Shown piece by piece: positions 39,657 through 50,511 of a stretch of DNA of 64,000 nucleotides. The translations under genes were made by a program, and so were the position numbers. A model generated the notes under the pieces. The model was given only the letters and a program-made list of their open reading frames with translations. It did not search any database and was not told where the DNA came from. Numbering within the stretch: the stretch's first letter is position 1; each line of letters opens with the position of its first letter. This DNA is from Sedimentisphaerales bacterium (GTDB lineage: Bacteria > Planctomycetota > Phycisphaerae > Sedimentisphaerales > SM23-30), in assembly GCA_963666285.1 (NCBI GenBank), contig OY762711.1. One strand, 5' to 3'.

Positions 39657-40730
39657 TTATTTATGTTTTTCGTCAATTTTATCAAGAAGTACTTTCAACT
39701 TGTCGGTACTACCTTTGCGACAAATCAATGTTGCATCTTTTGTATGAACAACAACCAGATCTTCGATATCAATTCCAGCAATTAAATGACTCGAATCATC
39801 AGAAATAATAATAATGCCTGAACAATTATCCAAAACAGTTTCTATGCCATGAGCAATACTATTATTATGGCAGTCAACTTGGCCAATATTTGAGGTTAGA
39901 GCCTCAAATGATCCTACATCCTGCCAATCACAATCTAACTTAATCATACAGACTTTCGCCGCCTTCTCCATAATGCCATAATCTATACTTATTTTAGGCA
40001 AAGTTGGGAATACTTCAGAAAGAAATGCTTCAGCCTGGTCTGAACCCCACATAGATGTAATTTTTAATAGTCCTTCAGCATTTTCAGGAAGACTTTTATT
40101 AATCTCTGCAAGAATTGTGCCTGTTTTCCATAAAAACATTCCACTATTCCAGCAGTAATTACCAGATTCAAGGTAACGCTGAGCTGTTGCAATATCTGGT
40201 TTTTCTTTAAATTGATCTACTCTAAATACTTTAGAAGATTTAGTAGCTTCTCCTTGTTTAATATAGCCAAAACCAGTATGAGCACTCGTTGCTTTTATGC
40301 CAAGAGTCATTAGCACATCTGGATTACTATTAACAAAATCAAATCCTGCCTGAATTCCAGACTGAAGCTCTCTTACCGGGGAAATAACCTGGTCAGCACT
40401 GAAAACAGCCATAGCAGAATCACGATCCTTCTGATATATTATATTGGCAGCAAAACCAATAGCATTCGCAGTGTCTCGCCCTACAGGCTCACCAAGAATA
40501 TTATCTTTTGGTATGCCTTCCAGATGGCCTTCAACTATCCCTTTATATTGCTGGTTAGTAACAATATAAATATTTTCCAACGGAAAAATTGACTTGATCC
40601 TATCAATACAAATTTCAAGCAACGATTTCCCTTTGATTACTTTGATCATTTGTTTTGGCATCTTTTGCCGACTTAGCGGCCACAACCTCTGACCACTACC
40701 TCCTGCCATTATTACTGCATATTTATTCAT
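39657..40730 (-). CDS. manC: Mannose-1-phosphate guanylyltransferase
   Basis: IMAGGSGQRLWPLSR..PKQ, EPVGRDTA, FKEKP, WNSGMF, ISIDYGIME. Confidence 0.92.
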   Translation of the reverse strand: MNKYAVIMAGGSGQRLWPLSRQKMPKQMIKVIKGKSLLEICIDRIKSIFPLENIYIVTNQQYKGIVEGHLEGIPKDNILGEPVGRDTANAIGFAANIIYQKDRDSAMAVFSADQVISPVRELQSGIQAGFDFVNSNPDVLMTLGIKATSAHTGFGYIKQGEATKSSKVFRVDQFKEKPDIATAQRYLESGNYCWNSGMFLWKTGTILAEINKSLPENAEGLLKITSMWGSDQAEAFLSEVFPTLPKISIDYGIMEKAAKVCMIKLDCDWQDVGSFEALTSNIGQVDCHNNSIAHGIETVLDNCSGIIIISDDSSHLIAGIDIEDLVVVHTKDATLICRKGSTDKLKVLLDKIDEKHK

Positions 40731-40759
40731 AACTAATCTGTAAGTTAATACTACTTATA

Positions 40760-41656
40760 TTAAATTTCATAATTACTTAGCTTCTCCATAACTAATATTA
40801 TTGAATAGCAATTATCGCCAAACTGCTTAATATACCTGGCTTTTAGTGTGCTTATGGCAAATGGGGTAAATGCCAGTATTGTTTTAACGGCATTTCTTTT
40901 CCAGCTTCTGCCTTTCGTGAGGAATCGTTTTCTGGTGTATAGCTCATCGGCATAAGAAACTGATTCCATGCCGGTGATTTTCATTTCATACTTTTGTGAC
41001 AGATATTCAGGAGTTTTCATCCCCATAAAATGCAGATGGTCCGGCACTTCCCAGTCAAAAACACTGTTTTTCTGAACTTGAGCAGTATATTGCCCGGTTT
41101 TTATCACAAATTTTCCACCTGGAGCAAGCAAATTCTTCACAGCTTCAAATAGTTTGTCATAGCTATAAACATGCGAAAGAACATCTATCAGCGTTATGAC
41201 ATCAAACCTTCTGTCTGAATGAAACTGCTCTATAGGCAGTTCAGTTACCTGACAACCGGTATTTTTCCTGGCAAACTCAGCCCTTTTTGAATTAAGCTCT
41301 ATGCCTTCGCAATAATTTATGCCGGAATTTTTCGCCAGCTGTAACAGATGCCCGGTACCGCAACCAATATCCAGCAAGCTGTCGGCACCCTCGAATGCCG
41401 GCCTGACCAAAGGAAACAGGTCTTCATAATAGGCCTTTCGAGCCAGCGAATACTGCTCCGGGCCAATAACCGTAATATCCGAATGACTATTATTGGCAAC
41501 CGCCTCGAAACGCTGTTGTTCTGATTGAGGATATGGGGAAATATATAACAGGTCGCAATGGCTGCATTTCTGCATATCGTAGCCATTTGTTTCAAATAAG
41601 AAACAGCTTTCCAGGCTATTACATAATGGACATTTATTATCTGTCATAATCAGCAA
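40760..41656 (-). CDS. Class I SAM-dependent methyltransferase with N-terminal Cys pairs
   Basis: CPLC..CSHC; LDIGCGTG; FDVITLIDVLSH. Confidence 0.85.
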   Translation of the reverse strand: MLIMTDNKCPLCNSLESCFLFETNGYDMQKCSHCDLLYISPYPQSEQQRFEAVANNSHSDITVIGPEQYSLARKAYYEDLFPLVRPAFEGADSLLDIGCGTGHLLQLAKNSGINYCEGIELNSKRAEFARKNTGCQVTELPIEQFHSDRRFDVITLIDVLSHVYSYDKLFEAVKNLLAPGGKFVIKTGQYTAQVQKNSVFDWEVPDHLHFMGMKTPEYLSQKYEMKITGMESVSYADELYTRKRFLTKGRSWKRNAVKTILAFTPFAISTLKARYIKQFGDNCYSIILVMEKLSNYEI

Positions 41657-41657
41657 A

Positions 41658-42572
41658 CTACTTCGATTTGAAAAACTCCACTGTGTCGGTCAGGCCTTCT
41701 TCGAAACGATTTTCCAGAATCAACCCGGCACCGGTTAACTTATCAACGGCTGCCAGAGAGTGTTTTACATCTCCGGCACGGACCTGACCGTGTATGATTT
41801 CGCTGGAAGAATTTGTCTTTGTGATAATCTTTTCAGCCAGCTCGTTTATCGTTTGACAGCTACCGTAGGCCGCGTTAAATACGCCTGAAACACCCTGCTG
41901 CTGAGCCATCCAGACGTTTGCCCGCACAACATCTTTTACATAGATAAAATCACGGGTCTGTTCGCCGTCACCATGAATGGTTATCGGTTCACCTTTTACC
42001 GCCTTGTCAATAAAAATCGGGATAGCGGCGGCATAGGCACTGCCCGGATCCTGACGAGGACCGAAAACATTGAAATACCGGAAACAAGCTGTCTCCAGCC
42101 AGCCTTCATCATTAAACATTTTGCAGTAATACTCACCATCCAGTTTAGTTACCGCATAAGGACTCTTGGGTTCGGGAAACATGGTTTCAATTTTAGGCAT
42201 TTGCGGATTATCGCCATAGATCGCTGATGAACTGCTGAAAACCAGTTTTTTAGCACCTGCTTTTGCTGCAGCCTGAAGAACATTAAGCGTTCCAACTGCA
42301 TTGATCTCAACACATTCTCCCGGTAAGTCCATAGATTCAGGAACACTTACCATCGCAGCAAGATGGAAGACATAATCAATGCCTTCAACAGCTTTTTGCA
42401 CCGCGGCTTTGTCGGTAATTGATCCCTGGATTATTTCGACATCAAAATTCTCCAGATTCTTCAAATAACCGGTCCTCAGGTTATCCAGCACTCGAACATC
42501 AGCTTCACCTTGAAAATGTTCGACAATATGTGAACCGATAAACCCGGCACCACCTGTTACTAATATTTTCAT
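41658..42572 (-). CDS. NAD-dependent nucleotide-sugar 4-epimerase/dehydratase
   Basis: TGGAGFIGSH, SSSAIYG, SPYAVTK, RYFNVFGPRQDP. Confidence 0.92.
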   Translation of the reverse strand: MKILVTGGAGFIGSHIVEHFQGEADVRVLDNLRTGYLKNLENFDVEIIQGSITDKAAVQKAVEGIDYVFHLAAMVSVPESMDLPGECVEINAVGTLNVLQAAAKAGAKKLVFSSSSAIYGDNPQMPKIETMFPEPKSPYAVTKLDGEYYCKMFNDEGWLETACFRYFNVFGPRQDPGSAYAAAIPIFIDKAVKGEPITIHGDGEQTRDFIYVKDVVRANVWMAQQQGVSGVFNAAYGSCQTINELAEKIITKTNSSSEIIHGQVRAGDVKHSLAAVDKLTGAGLILENRFEEGLTDTVEFFKSK

Positions 42573-44083
42573 TTATTATTCCATTCCAACTTATAAATAA
42601 ATTCACCGCCGGTTAGCTCTACCGGAATAAATTCAACTTTGTCATCGGTACACTTGCGATATAAGTCTATATTCATCAGAAAATAGACATCCTGATTTTT
42701 ATAATCATTGATATTAAAATAATCCAAATCGATTAGATGTATATCTTTTCTATTTTCCTCGATATAAATTGCATACTCTAATGCTGAATAGGGAGTAGAA
42801 TCGCATACAAAAACAGCATTTGGCGGGAGAACACAGAAAATATCATTAACCATACGCCGTGGGCCTGTCTGATTTTGCTGCCAGGGCTCCAGGTAATACT
42901 CATATTCCTGTCGAAATGGTATGTGTCGATTATGACCCCATTGAAAACCTCTGCTTTTTGCCTCAAAACATATACCGGCATAAGTTGGCACTATCCATAT
43001 GAGCAGAACCATGGCTACAAGCCAGTCGGCAGCAAGTTCATGTGTACGCAAATAAATATAGCCTATCCCAATGAAAATACTGACAAGCATATATGCAGGC
43101 ATAAAAAAGTGATTTTGATTTGGAACATCATAGCGAAAGGCAAACATTATATATAATACCAAACTCGCCAGAAGGAAATTGTAAATACGGGAATCAATTA
43201 CTTTTCTTCCAAATATTATCCCCGGTACGGCTAATATTACCAGTGGAGTTGGAAAATTCAAAATAAAGAATTGTATACTCCTCGTAACAAGACGAACAAT
43301 ATCACCAGAATTAAATACCGCTTTTCCCCAGCGACCGTATATTCCAGACAAAATCGAACCAGAAAGATCGCCGGTTACTTTGTATTCCAGTCCGATAGCA
43401 TACAGCCAGAATACTCCGCCGATCAGCCATAATAACAGACAGTAAATGACATCTTTTACATTTAATTTCTTATGAAAAAAGCTATAGCATATATAAAAAG
43501 CTAAAACTACAAATGCAATCTGGCTCATATTGTGAACACTTACACCTAAACCAAAAATAAAGCAGGAAATGAATAAATAAGCCCTGCGATTGGATAAGAT
43601 ATATATAATTGCATATAGCATGCCCCATATCGTCATAGAATTTGACATACTATATGTCTGGGCCTGGGTAGCCATAAACCAATAGGTATGCCCAAGCCCG
43701 CAAACGCCTGCTGCTAAAACAGCCGGCAATAACCTCCTGGTCAATACATAAACAAGAGCAGTAACTCCTGAGATACCTAATGCAGCAAATATCGCACTTG
43801 TCAGGTTAGCGGCATATGCAAAGCTAAGCGAGGTAAACTTAGCAAGCCAATGTGCAAATACAATATAGAGAGGATGCACACGAACAACATCACCAAGACG
43901 CTCACCAGAGGGAGTGATAATATGCTGCTCAAGTTTGCACTGGGCAACCCAAACCTGGAAATCGCCCTGGTCCTGCCAAACCAAATCAGGAGCGAGAGTA
44001 TAAAAGTATAAGGTAAAGGCAATAATACCAGCAAAAAAGGCTGGTAACCAGCTTATACTGACCTTTGGTTTTATAATATTCAT
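42569..44083 (-). CDS. DUF2723/TMEM260-like GT-C membrane glycosyltransferase
   Basis: LYFYTLAPDLVWQDQGDF, HPLY, ANLTSA, TYWFMATQAQTYS, GLGVSVH. Confidence 0.75.
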   Translation of the reverse strand: MNIIKPKVSISWLPAFFAGIIAFTLYFYTLAPDLVWQDQGDFQVWVAQCKLEQHIITPSGERLGDVVRVHPLYIVFAHWLAKFTSLSFAYAANLTSAIFAALGISGVTALVYVLTRRLLPAVLAAGVCGLGHTYWFMATQAQTYSMSNSMTIWGMLYAIIYILSNRRAYLFISCFIFGLGVSVHNMSQIAFVVLAFYICYSFFHKKLNVKDVIYCLLLWLIGGVFWLYAIGLEYKVTGDLSGSILSGIYGRWGKAVFNSGDIVRLVTRSIQFFILNFPTPLVILAVPGIIFGRKVIDSRIYNFLLASLVLYIMFAFRYDVPNQNHFFMPAYMLVSIFIGIGYIYLRTHELAADWLVAMVLLIWIVPTYAGICFEAKSRGFQWGHNRHIPFRQEYEYYLEPWQQNQTGPRRMVNDIFCVLPPNAVFVCDSTPYSALEYAIYIEENRKDIHLIDLDYFNINDYKNQDVYFLMNIDLYRKCTDDKVEFIPVELTGGEFIYKLEWNNK

Positions 44084-44112
44084 ATTAGAAAGAATAAGAA
44101 TATAAGAACTGA

Positions 44113-45162
44113 CTATTTATAGAAACTCTTATACCAATCAACAAAACGGTTAACCCCATCCTGAATATCGGTATCAGGTTTATAACCTAAGTCATTTATC
44201 AAATCATCAACATTTGCCCAGGTAGCCGGCACATCGCCAGGCTGCATAGGCAGCATTTGCTTTTCAGCTTCAATTCCCAAAGCATTTTCTACAGCTTTAA
44301 TAAAATCCATCAATCCAACGGGCGAAGAATTGCCAATATTATATATTTTATAAGGGGCCTTTGAACTGCCCGGATCGGGTGATAAACCGGTCCAACTTTC
44401 ATTTCCTTTAGGCGGGTTGTTAATAACCCTAACAACACCTTCTACAATATCGTCAATATAGGTAAAATCACGTTTCATGTCGCCATAGTTGAAGACTTTA
44501 ATGGGCTTACCACTTGAAATAGCACTGGTAAATAGTATAGGTGCCATATCCGGTCTGCCCCAAGGGCCGTAGACAGTAAAGAAACGCAATCCGGTAGTAG
44601 GTAAATTGAATAAATGGCTGTAACAATGAGCCATCAGTTCATTTGATTTTTTACTAGCAGCATAAAGACTTACCGGATGATCGACATTATCGCTGGTGCT
44701 AAATGGCATCTTTTCATTGCAGCCATAAACACTTGAACTACTGGCATATACCAGATGTTCAACCTCATTATGGCGGCAAGCTTCAAGAATATTAGCAAAG
44801 CCAACGATATTAGAATTGATATAAGCACCTGGATTTACAAGGCTATAGCGAACACCAGCCTGAGCGGCTAAGTTACAGACTCTATAAAATTTATGTTTGG
44901 TAAATAGATTGTTAAGAGCTTCATTATCTTCCAAATTCAATTTTACAAAACTGTAATTATCAAATTTTGAAGATATAACTTCTTTGTTATATTCCAAAGA
45001 CGCGCCATCAATGCCAGTTTCAGCTAAACGGCCATATTTTAATTGGACGTCATAATAGTCATTGATACTATCAATGCCGACAACTGAATCGCCACGCTCA
45101 ACCAGCCTATTGGCTAAATGATAACCAATAAAGCCTGCGGTACCTGTGATTAATACTTTCAT
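44113..45162 (-). CDS. UDP-glucuronate 4-epimerase-type NAD-dependent epimerase
   Basis: [47 protein letters not shown]. Confidence 0.93.
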   Translation of the reverse strand: MKVLITGTAGFIGYHLANRLVERGDSVVGIDSINDYYDVQLKYGRLAETGIDGASLEYNKEVISSKFDNYSFVKLNLEDNEALNNLFTKHKFYRVCNLAAQAGVRYSLVNPGAYINSNIVGFANILEACRHNEVEHLVYASSSSVYGCNEKMPFSTSDNVDHPVSLYAASKKSNELMAHCYSHLFNLPTTGLRFFTVYGPWGRPDMAPILFTSAISSGKPIKVFNYGDMKRDFTYIDDIVEGVVRVINNPPKGNESWTGLSPDPGSSKAPYKIYNIGNSSPVGLMDFIKAVENALGIEAEKQMLPMQPGDVPATWANVDDLINDLGYKPDTDIQDGVNRFVDWYKSFYK

Positions 45163-45261
45163 TATTATATAAACTTAAGGGAAATCAATGAATTGTGATA
45201 AGAATAATAAAAATGGATATTTACCAGCTAATAGGTTAAACTGAATAAAAAGCCATAAGAC

Positions 45262-45936
45262 TTATCTATTACTTAAGATACTGGAAGTAGAATACTTAGT
45301 TGTAGAAAGAATACTTCCGCCGTTAACCCGAGTTTTTTTATTTAATATGGAGCGATTCATGCTCACTTTTGAGTAAGAAAGCCTTCCTCGCCTATTGCCT
45401 TGTAAAAGTCTCTTGTACCTGTCAGTTAACATAGTTGAATTACCAGATATCAATTGCTTTAAGGCCTGATTTGATGTTCTTTTTATCCTTAACGGGAATC
45501 TGTCATAATTATACCCTGCATACCTGGTTGACGTGCCTGGGTTCTGCTGATCATTAGAAGTAGATAAAGACATGTTGGAGCGAGAGTTATATGATCCCAG
45601 CTTAGATCTAACTTTTAAAGAGTTCATACGGGCATTGACCATGCCGCTTCTCTTTCTAAAACTTCCGTAACCTGATTTAGGCATCTGATTAGATGCTTTG
45701 TTGTTATAGCTAAGGGGGTTACCACTGTAAAGAGCCCTAGGCTGACGAAGACGGTTTACGCCGGTAGAATACCTAGAAAAAGAGCTGATATCAGAGTAAC
45801 CAATACTCGCCTTACCTGGAACGTCAAAACGCGTCACTCCCCTGGTAGAACTGTTGCCATAAATCGGATTGGATTCTTCAGCAGTTGCAACAGCAGAAAC
45901 AGACAGTAGTATTAAGATGTATAGTAACTGTTTCAA
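45262..45936 (-). CDS. Hypothetical secreted basic Ser/Arg/Asn-rich protein
   Basis: Signal peptide, low-complexity mature part, aggaaa RBS before a TTG start. Confidence 0.6.
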   Translation of the reverse strand: MKQLLYILILLSVSAVATAEESNPIYGNSSTRGVTRFDVPGKASIGYSDISSFSRYSTGVNRLRQPRALYSGNPLSYNNKASNQMPKSGYGSFRKRSGMVNARMNSLKVRSKLGSYNSRSNMSLSTSNDQQNPGTSTRYAGYNYDRFPLRIKRTSNQALKQLISGNSTMLTDRYKRLLQGNRRGRLSYSKVSMNRSILNKKTRVNGGSILSTTKYSTSSILSNR

Positions 45937-46031
45937 AATAATTTCCTAAAATTGCATCTTATAGGCACTTATCAGTCATTACCATATATATTGCATACTT
46001 ATATTATATCATAAATATAAGTAAATTGATT

Positions 46032-46487
46032 CTATTTTTTGAGTTCCTTAACGACATTTCCTGTTCTTGAATGGAACTCCTTATCACTAATATAGCCAAC
46101 GAGTTTTCTGTATTCGTCTGTATTATATAGTTTTATGACAATCGCAGGTAGCTGTGAAACATCATATTTTTTTGCAACTGATTCATTGTTATCATAATCG
46201 ATAAGAACGGGATTAAATGTCTTATTGATGAATTTCACGACATCCGGTTTGTTAATCGTAGCATAACTCATTCTGTTGCAATCACTTTCGTATTTACCGG
46301 TTTTAGTAGTAAAAAGCACCATAATGGGCTTACCATTGTTTTGAGCTGCTTTTTCTGCAGATTCAATTGAATCGGCCCATTTGACTTTTTCAGAACCACT
46401 GGTAAGATTTACGGCAAGGACGGCCAAAAAAGCGACTATGATGATAATTAACCCAGGATTTTTCTTCTTTTGTTTTGGTTCACTCAT
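46032..46487 (-). CDS. Thioredoxin-fold protein lacking CxxC
   Basis: W...E.A...A....KPIMV.F; single Cys; cis-Pro loop YDVSQLPAIV. Confidence 0.7.
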   Translation of the reverse strand: MSEPKQKKKNPGLIIIIVAFLAVLAVNLTSGSEKVKWADSIESAEKAAQNNGKPIMVLFTTKTGKYESDCNRMSYATINKPDVVKFINKTFNPVLIDYDNNESVAKKYDVSQLPAIVIKLYNTDEYRKLVGYISDKEFHSRTGNVVKELKK

Positions 46488-46527
46488 GTATATAAATCCC
46501 TATTTTATAATATATTAAATACTCATA

Positions 46528-47439
46528 CTAATATAAACTACGGCAGAAACCGCCAAAGGTTTGGCCTTTGGCGACGATCAGGACAGCCATTACTATCCAG
46601 ATTATAGTACCGATGAGGAAAGGTTTGTCTTTGAGAACGATGGAAGTCGGTCCGTCATAAAGGCCTTTCATACTGATGGCAGCGAAACGGAAAATGCAGT
46701 AAGTTACTACCGGCACAGTATATATGAAAGCTGCGGTACCGAATCGATTGATAGTTGATTCGCTCATGCCATAAAGCATGAAGGTAACAATAGCAAGTGC
46801 CGCAGACGTTGTAATTAAATGAGTTAAGAGCTCCGGAGTGTATTCCAGAAGCGACTGACGGTGGTTAACGGCCATTTCCTGATCGAGAGTAACCAGCTCA
46901 TTGATACGCTTACAGAAGCCCATAAAGAGGCAGAGGGTAAAAATGCAGACTATAAGCCACTGGCTGGCAAAGACCTGGATCGCCACAGCTCCGGCGGCGG
47001 CACGTAATACAAAGCCAATAGCGATGACAATGACATCAATAATAGCATAACTCTTTAGCCAGAAGGAATATAGGACATTCATGCCGAAGTATATTGAAGT
47101 TATGATCAGGAACAGGATTGATATCTTAAAGCCAATAACAGCAGATACTAACAGCAAGATAAGGGCAAGGACCGCAGCGGAAGGTTTGGAGACCTGGCCT
47201 GAAGGAATTGGCCGGTTACGTTTTACAGGATGATAACTATCTTTTTGACAGTCACTTATATCGTTAATAACATACACTGCAGAGGATACCAGACAGAAGG
47301 CGACAAGTGCCCGGAGTGTTACGAGATTGTTACTTAAAGCGTTTTCACCAAGGAACTTACAACTGAAAAGTAAAGGCGCAAGTACAAAGATATTTTTAAC
47401 CCAGTGGGCAGGTCTGATGAGTTTTAAGTACGCTAACAA
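46528..47439 (-). CDS. UbiA-family decaprenyl-phosphate phosphoribosyltransferase
   Basis: RPAHWVKNIFV.APL.F, YVINDISD...D..HPVKRNRPI.SG, GFVLR, KR.NE. Confidence 0.88.
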   Translation of the reverse strand: MLAYLKLIRPAHWVKNIFVLAPLLFSCKFLGENALSNNLVTLRALVAFCLVSSAVYVINDISDCQKDSYHPVKRNRPIPSGQVSKPSAAVLALILLLVSAVIGFKISILFLIITSIYFGMNVLYSFWLKSYAIIDVIVIAIGFVLRAAAGAVAIQVFASQWLIVCIFTLCLFMGFCKRINELVTLDQEMAVNHRQSLLEYTPELLTHLITTSAALAIVTFMLYGMSESTINRFGTAAFIYTVPVVTYCIFRFAAISMKGLYDGPTSIVLKDKPFLIGTIIWIVMAVLIVAKGQTFGGFCRSLY

Positions 47440-47836
47440 GATTTGAATATAAGATCTTATATTTCAGATATTTATAAATGCAAGCGGGCGCACCCCGTCC
47501 CTGTGGGTTGCGTTGTAAATAATACGTCACCTACTTGTAATCAGATTGATTAATCTGTTTATAATCTCTTATATCGGTTGAATTTACCGATATTTTAAGC
47601 TAAAAGTTCAGATAAAATATAAATTTAACTCTAATTGTCAGAATAAGTTAGTATCATTTCCCGCTATGCCGGAAGCGGTATATTAATACTAACAAAGCTA
47701 GCACATATGATATCGAAGAATGTTATAATTGTATGACCGAAAAGCAGTTTTAACAAGAATTCTGGTATTACCAAAAACATGCAAAAGATTGTCAAAAAAA
47801 GATAAAAAATCTCAAAATGACATTTATGTTGGTTTT

Positions 47837-47902
47837 ACGGTCGGCCACGGAGACCAACGGAACGCATACGGAAGCGAACGGCGCTATACGGATTATAACG
47901 GA
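47837..47902 (+). repeat. Phased ACGG array (7 units, 10-11 bp period)
   Basis: ACGG starts at 47837, 47847, 47857, 47868, 47878, 47888 and 47898. Confidence 0.8.
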
Positions 47903-48055
47903 TGCGAATTGAACGCATGCCGAGGGGTATATGAAACAGATACTAAGTCCCATTCTTCAGCTGAAAATGCACTTTAGAAAAAACATTATACTGATGGTAG
48001 TACCACATAGCAATGAATGACTCAAAAAAAAACAGTGTGAAAAAGACAAGATTTT

Positions 48056-48538
48056 TTATTCGGCTTTGATCTGCCGGATTTCCTGGGGGATGGTAATTTT
48101 GTCGTTGGTCCTGAGTGACAGTCGAGCGACGGTGCCAGCGGGCAGCTCGATGACATATTTAGCCGGTAGTCTGCCGGAATATAGTTCGGTTTTGCCGGAT
48201 CGCGGGTATTTCATATCTTCGATATTGAGTATTCTGCCGGAGGCGGTGAGGAATATGCCGTCGAGGTCGATGTGGCAGTTCTCCATGTGGAAAGTCAGCA
48301 TCTGCGGATATTGAAAGATGAAGATCATGCCGGAGTTGCGTGGGATGGAATGGCGGTGCATCATGCCCATGGCACGGGTGTCTTCGGTAGAGGCTATTTC
48401 CATGTCGAAGATTTCGCCTGCGATCTCCATCTGGATGGATTGGAGCTTCTGCGGCTGCGGGCCGGACGGAGCTTTGTCTTTTTCGCAGCTGTTCATGAAG
48501 AAGCAGGTAAACATGGCTATTAGTACATGGAGTTTCAT
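48056..48538 (-). CDS. DUF192 family lipoprotein
   Basis: EIA.T...R..G.M.R......GM.F.F, F.M.N....LD..F, YVIELPAG. Confidence 0.92.
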   Translation of the reverse strand: MKLHVLIAMFTCFFMNSCEKDKAPSGPQPQKLQSIQMEIAGEIFDMEIASTEDTRAMGMMHRHSIPRNSGMIFIFQYPQMLTFHMENCHIDLDGIFLTASGRILNIEDMKYPRSGKTELYSGRLPAKYVIELPAGTVARLSLRTNDKITIPQEIRQIKAE

Positions 48539-48584
48539 AGAGGTTGATTATCGGAAATTTGAAGAAAATAGTAAAGGGGAAAAT

Positions 48585-48708
48585 TAGAAGAGAGAAGCGT
48601 ATTAATTATGAATTTTGAATGCTGAATTATGAAAATAAATAAGTTAGAAGTCAGAAGCGAGGAGGGAGGGGAGAGGTAAAAGGTAAGAAGTAAGAGGTAA
48701 GAATTGAG
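48585..48708 (+). repeat. Purine-rich heptamer run of family A, interrupted by IS3 copy 2 (resumes at 50120-50230)
   Basis: aattatg/aattttg/aatgctg then aagttag/aagtcag/agaggta units. Confidence 0.75.
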
Positions 48709-50119
48709 TGTCTGGTCCTGTGATAAGTTGTCACATTATAGAAATAATGTACTAACTTTTTCAGGAGACAGCAATGGCAATAATTAAGAAGGCAAACAAT
48801 AGATATAGTGAGGCATTTAAGTTACAAGTTGTAAATGATCTGGAATCTGGTAAGCTGGGTAGTATATCGGAAGCTAATCGTCATTATGGGATACCAGGTG
48901 GCGAGACAGTAAAGAAATGGCTAATTAAATATGGCCGTAACCACTTAGTACCAAAGGTTATACGCGTGGAAAAACCAGAAGAGCAGAATCAGATAAAGAA
49001 GCTAAAGTCTGAGATTAAGCAGCTGAAAGAGGCATTAGCAGATACTCATATGCAGAGTTTGTTGAATGAAGCAGTATTTGAGGAGCTATGTGAGGAAGTT
49101 AGCGTCGATCCAGAAGCTTTCAAAAAAAAAGTAAGCACACAGCAGTTGAACGTGCCTCGCAGAAGCCGCAGGAAGGTAGTTCCCAAAAGGCGACGATAGC
49201 AGGCTTTTGTCGTCTTGTAGGTATGAGCAGGCAAAACTACTATAAAGCACGCAAGGAACGTAAGAAGAAATCTATAGATGAAGCTTTGATTATAGAACTG
49301 GTTGAGGCAGAGCGCAGATTGCAACCAGAGCTAGGCTGTCGTAAGGTTTTGGAGTTGATAAGTCCAGTACTGGAGCTTGTTGGTATAGAAATAGGCCGTG
49401 ATCGCTTTTTTGAGCTTATGGATAAGTATGATAAGCTGATAAAGCGTAAAAGACGATATGTTACAACTACAAATAGTCGTCATAGTTTTAAGGTTTATAA
49501 TAATTTGTTGAAAGATGCAGAACTGACAGGAGCTAATCAGGCTCTGGTAAGTGATATAACATATATACGTACAAATGAAGGTTTTATGTATCTGGCATTG
49601 GTAATGGATGCTTATAGCCGCAAGATAGTAGGTTATGATTGTAGTGATAGCTTGGAAGCCGAAGGTTGTTTAAGGGCATTGTCGATGGCGATAAAGCAGC
49701 TGCCGAAAGGGAGTAAAGCGATTCACCATTCGGATAGAGGCTGTCAGTATTGCTGTCACAGATATATTGATAAGTTGCAGAGAAATGGATTACAGATAAG
49801 CATGACCGAAGAGAATCATTGCTATGAGAATGCCAAGGCAGAACGGTTAAATGGTATATTGAAATATGAATATGGATTAAAAGAAACGTTTAAGGAAAAG
49901 GCTCATGTATATGCAGTAGTAAGGCAGGCAATTGAGCTTTACAACACTCGTAGACCGCATGTTGCGTTGAAGTATTGTATACCTGCGGAAGTGCATGCCG
50001 CGGCGTGATATATTCCTCCGTTCCGGTCGCCCTCCGGGCTCCCTTCACTACGGAATATATCACCAAAATACAATAGGAAATAGAAACGGAAAGTGACAAC
50101 TTTTAATCAGGACTTGACA
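48709..50119 (+). mobile_element. IS3-family element, copy 2 (diverged relative of copy 1)
   Basis: Same IRs as copy 1; 3-bp TSD GAG at 48706-48708 and 50120-50122. Confidence 0.95.
48774..50008 (+). CDS. IS3 transposase OrfA (48774-49199) and OrfB (to 50008), joined by a -1 frameshift
   Basis: A9G at 49122-49131 with an open -1 frame; SDITY, HHSDRGCQY, ENAKAER. Confidence 0.92.
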
Positions 50120-50511
50120 GAGGGGTGCTGCAACGTACGGTACAGAACCTTATTTTAAATTGGCTAACGCCGAGAAGATATTTCACGAACGGACACGAAA
50201 ATACTGTTTAAAATCGCCTGAGGCAAAGAATAGCCCTTACTGCCGTGCGGGGCTCTGATAATTTAATGCAATGTTGGGGTAATTGGAAATAGTATAGAAA
50301 GATATCAGTATAAGCGGTATAATAAGATGGGCAGGATGAGCCATGAGGAAAAAATATTTGATTTATATTCACCATGAAGGGAGTGAAGTTAATGAAGTTT
50401 TATTTAATACTCAGCTTAGTATTGATCTCTGGATGTATATTTGTTAGTAAAGATTTTATTGTTCATGAAGACAAACTTATATTATAAATATTTGATCTCG
50501 AAGGGATTACT

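Noticed and set aside
47480..47515. GC-rich stretch upstream of the polysaccharide cluster as an ops/JUMPStart element
   Set aside because: No GGCGGTAG match and only weak pairing.
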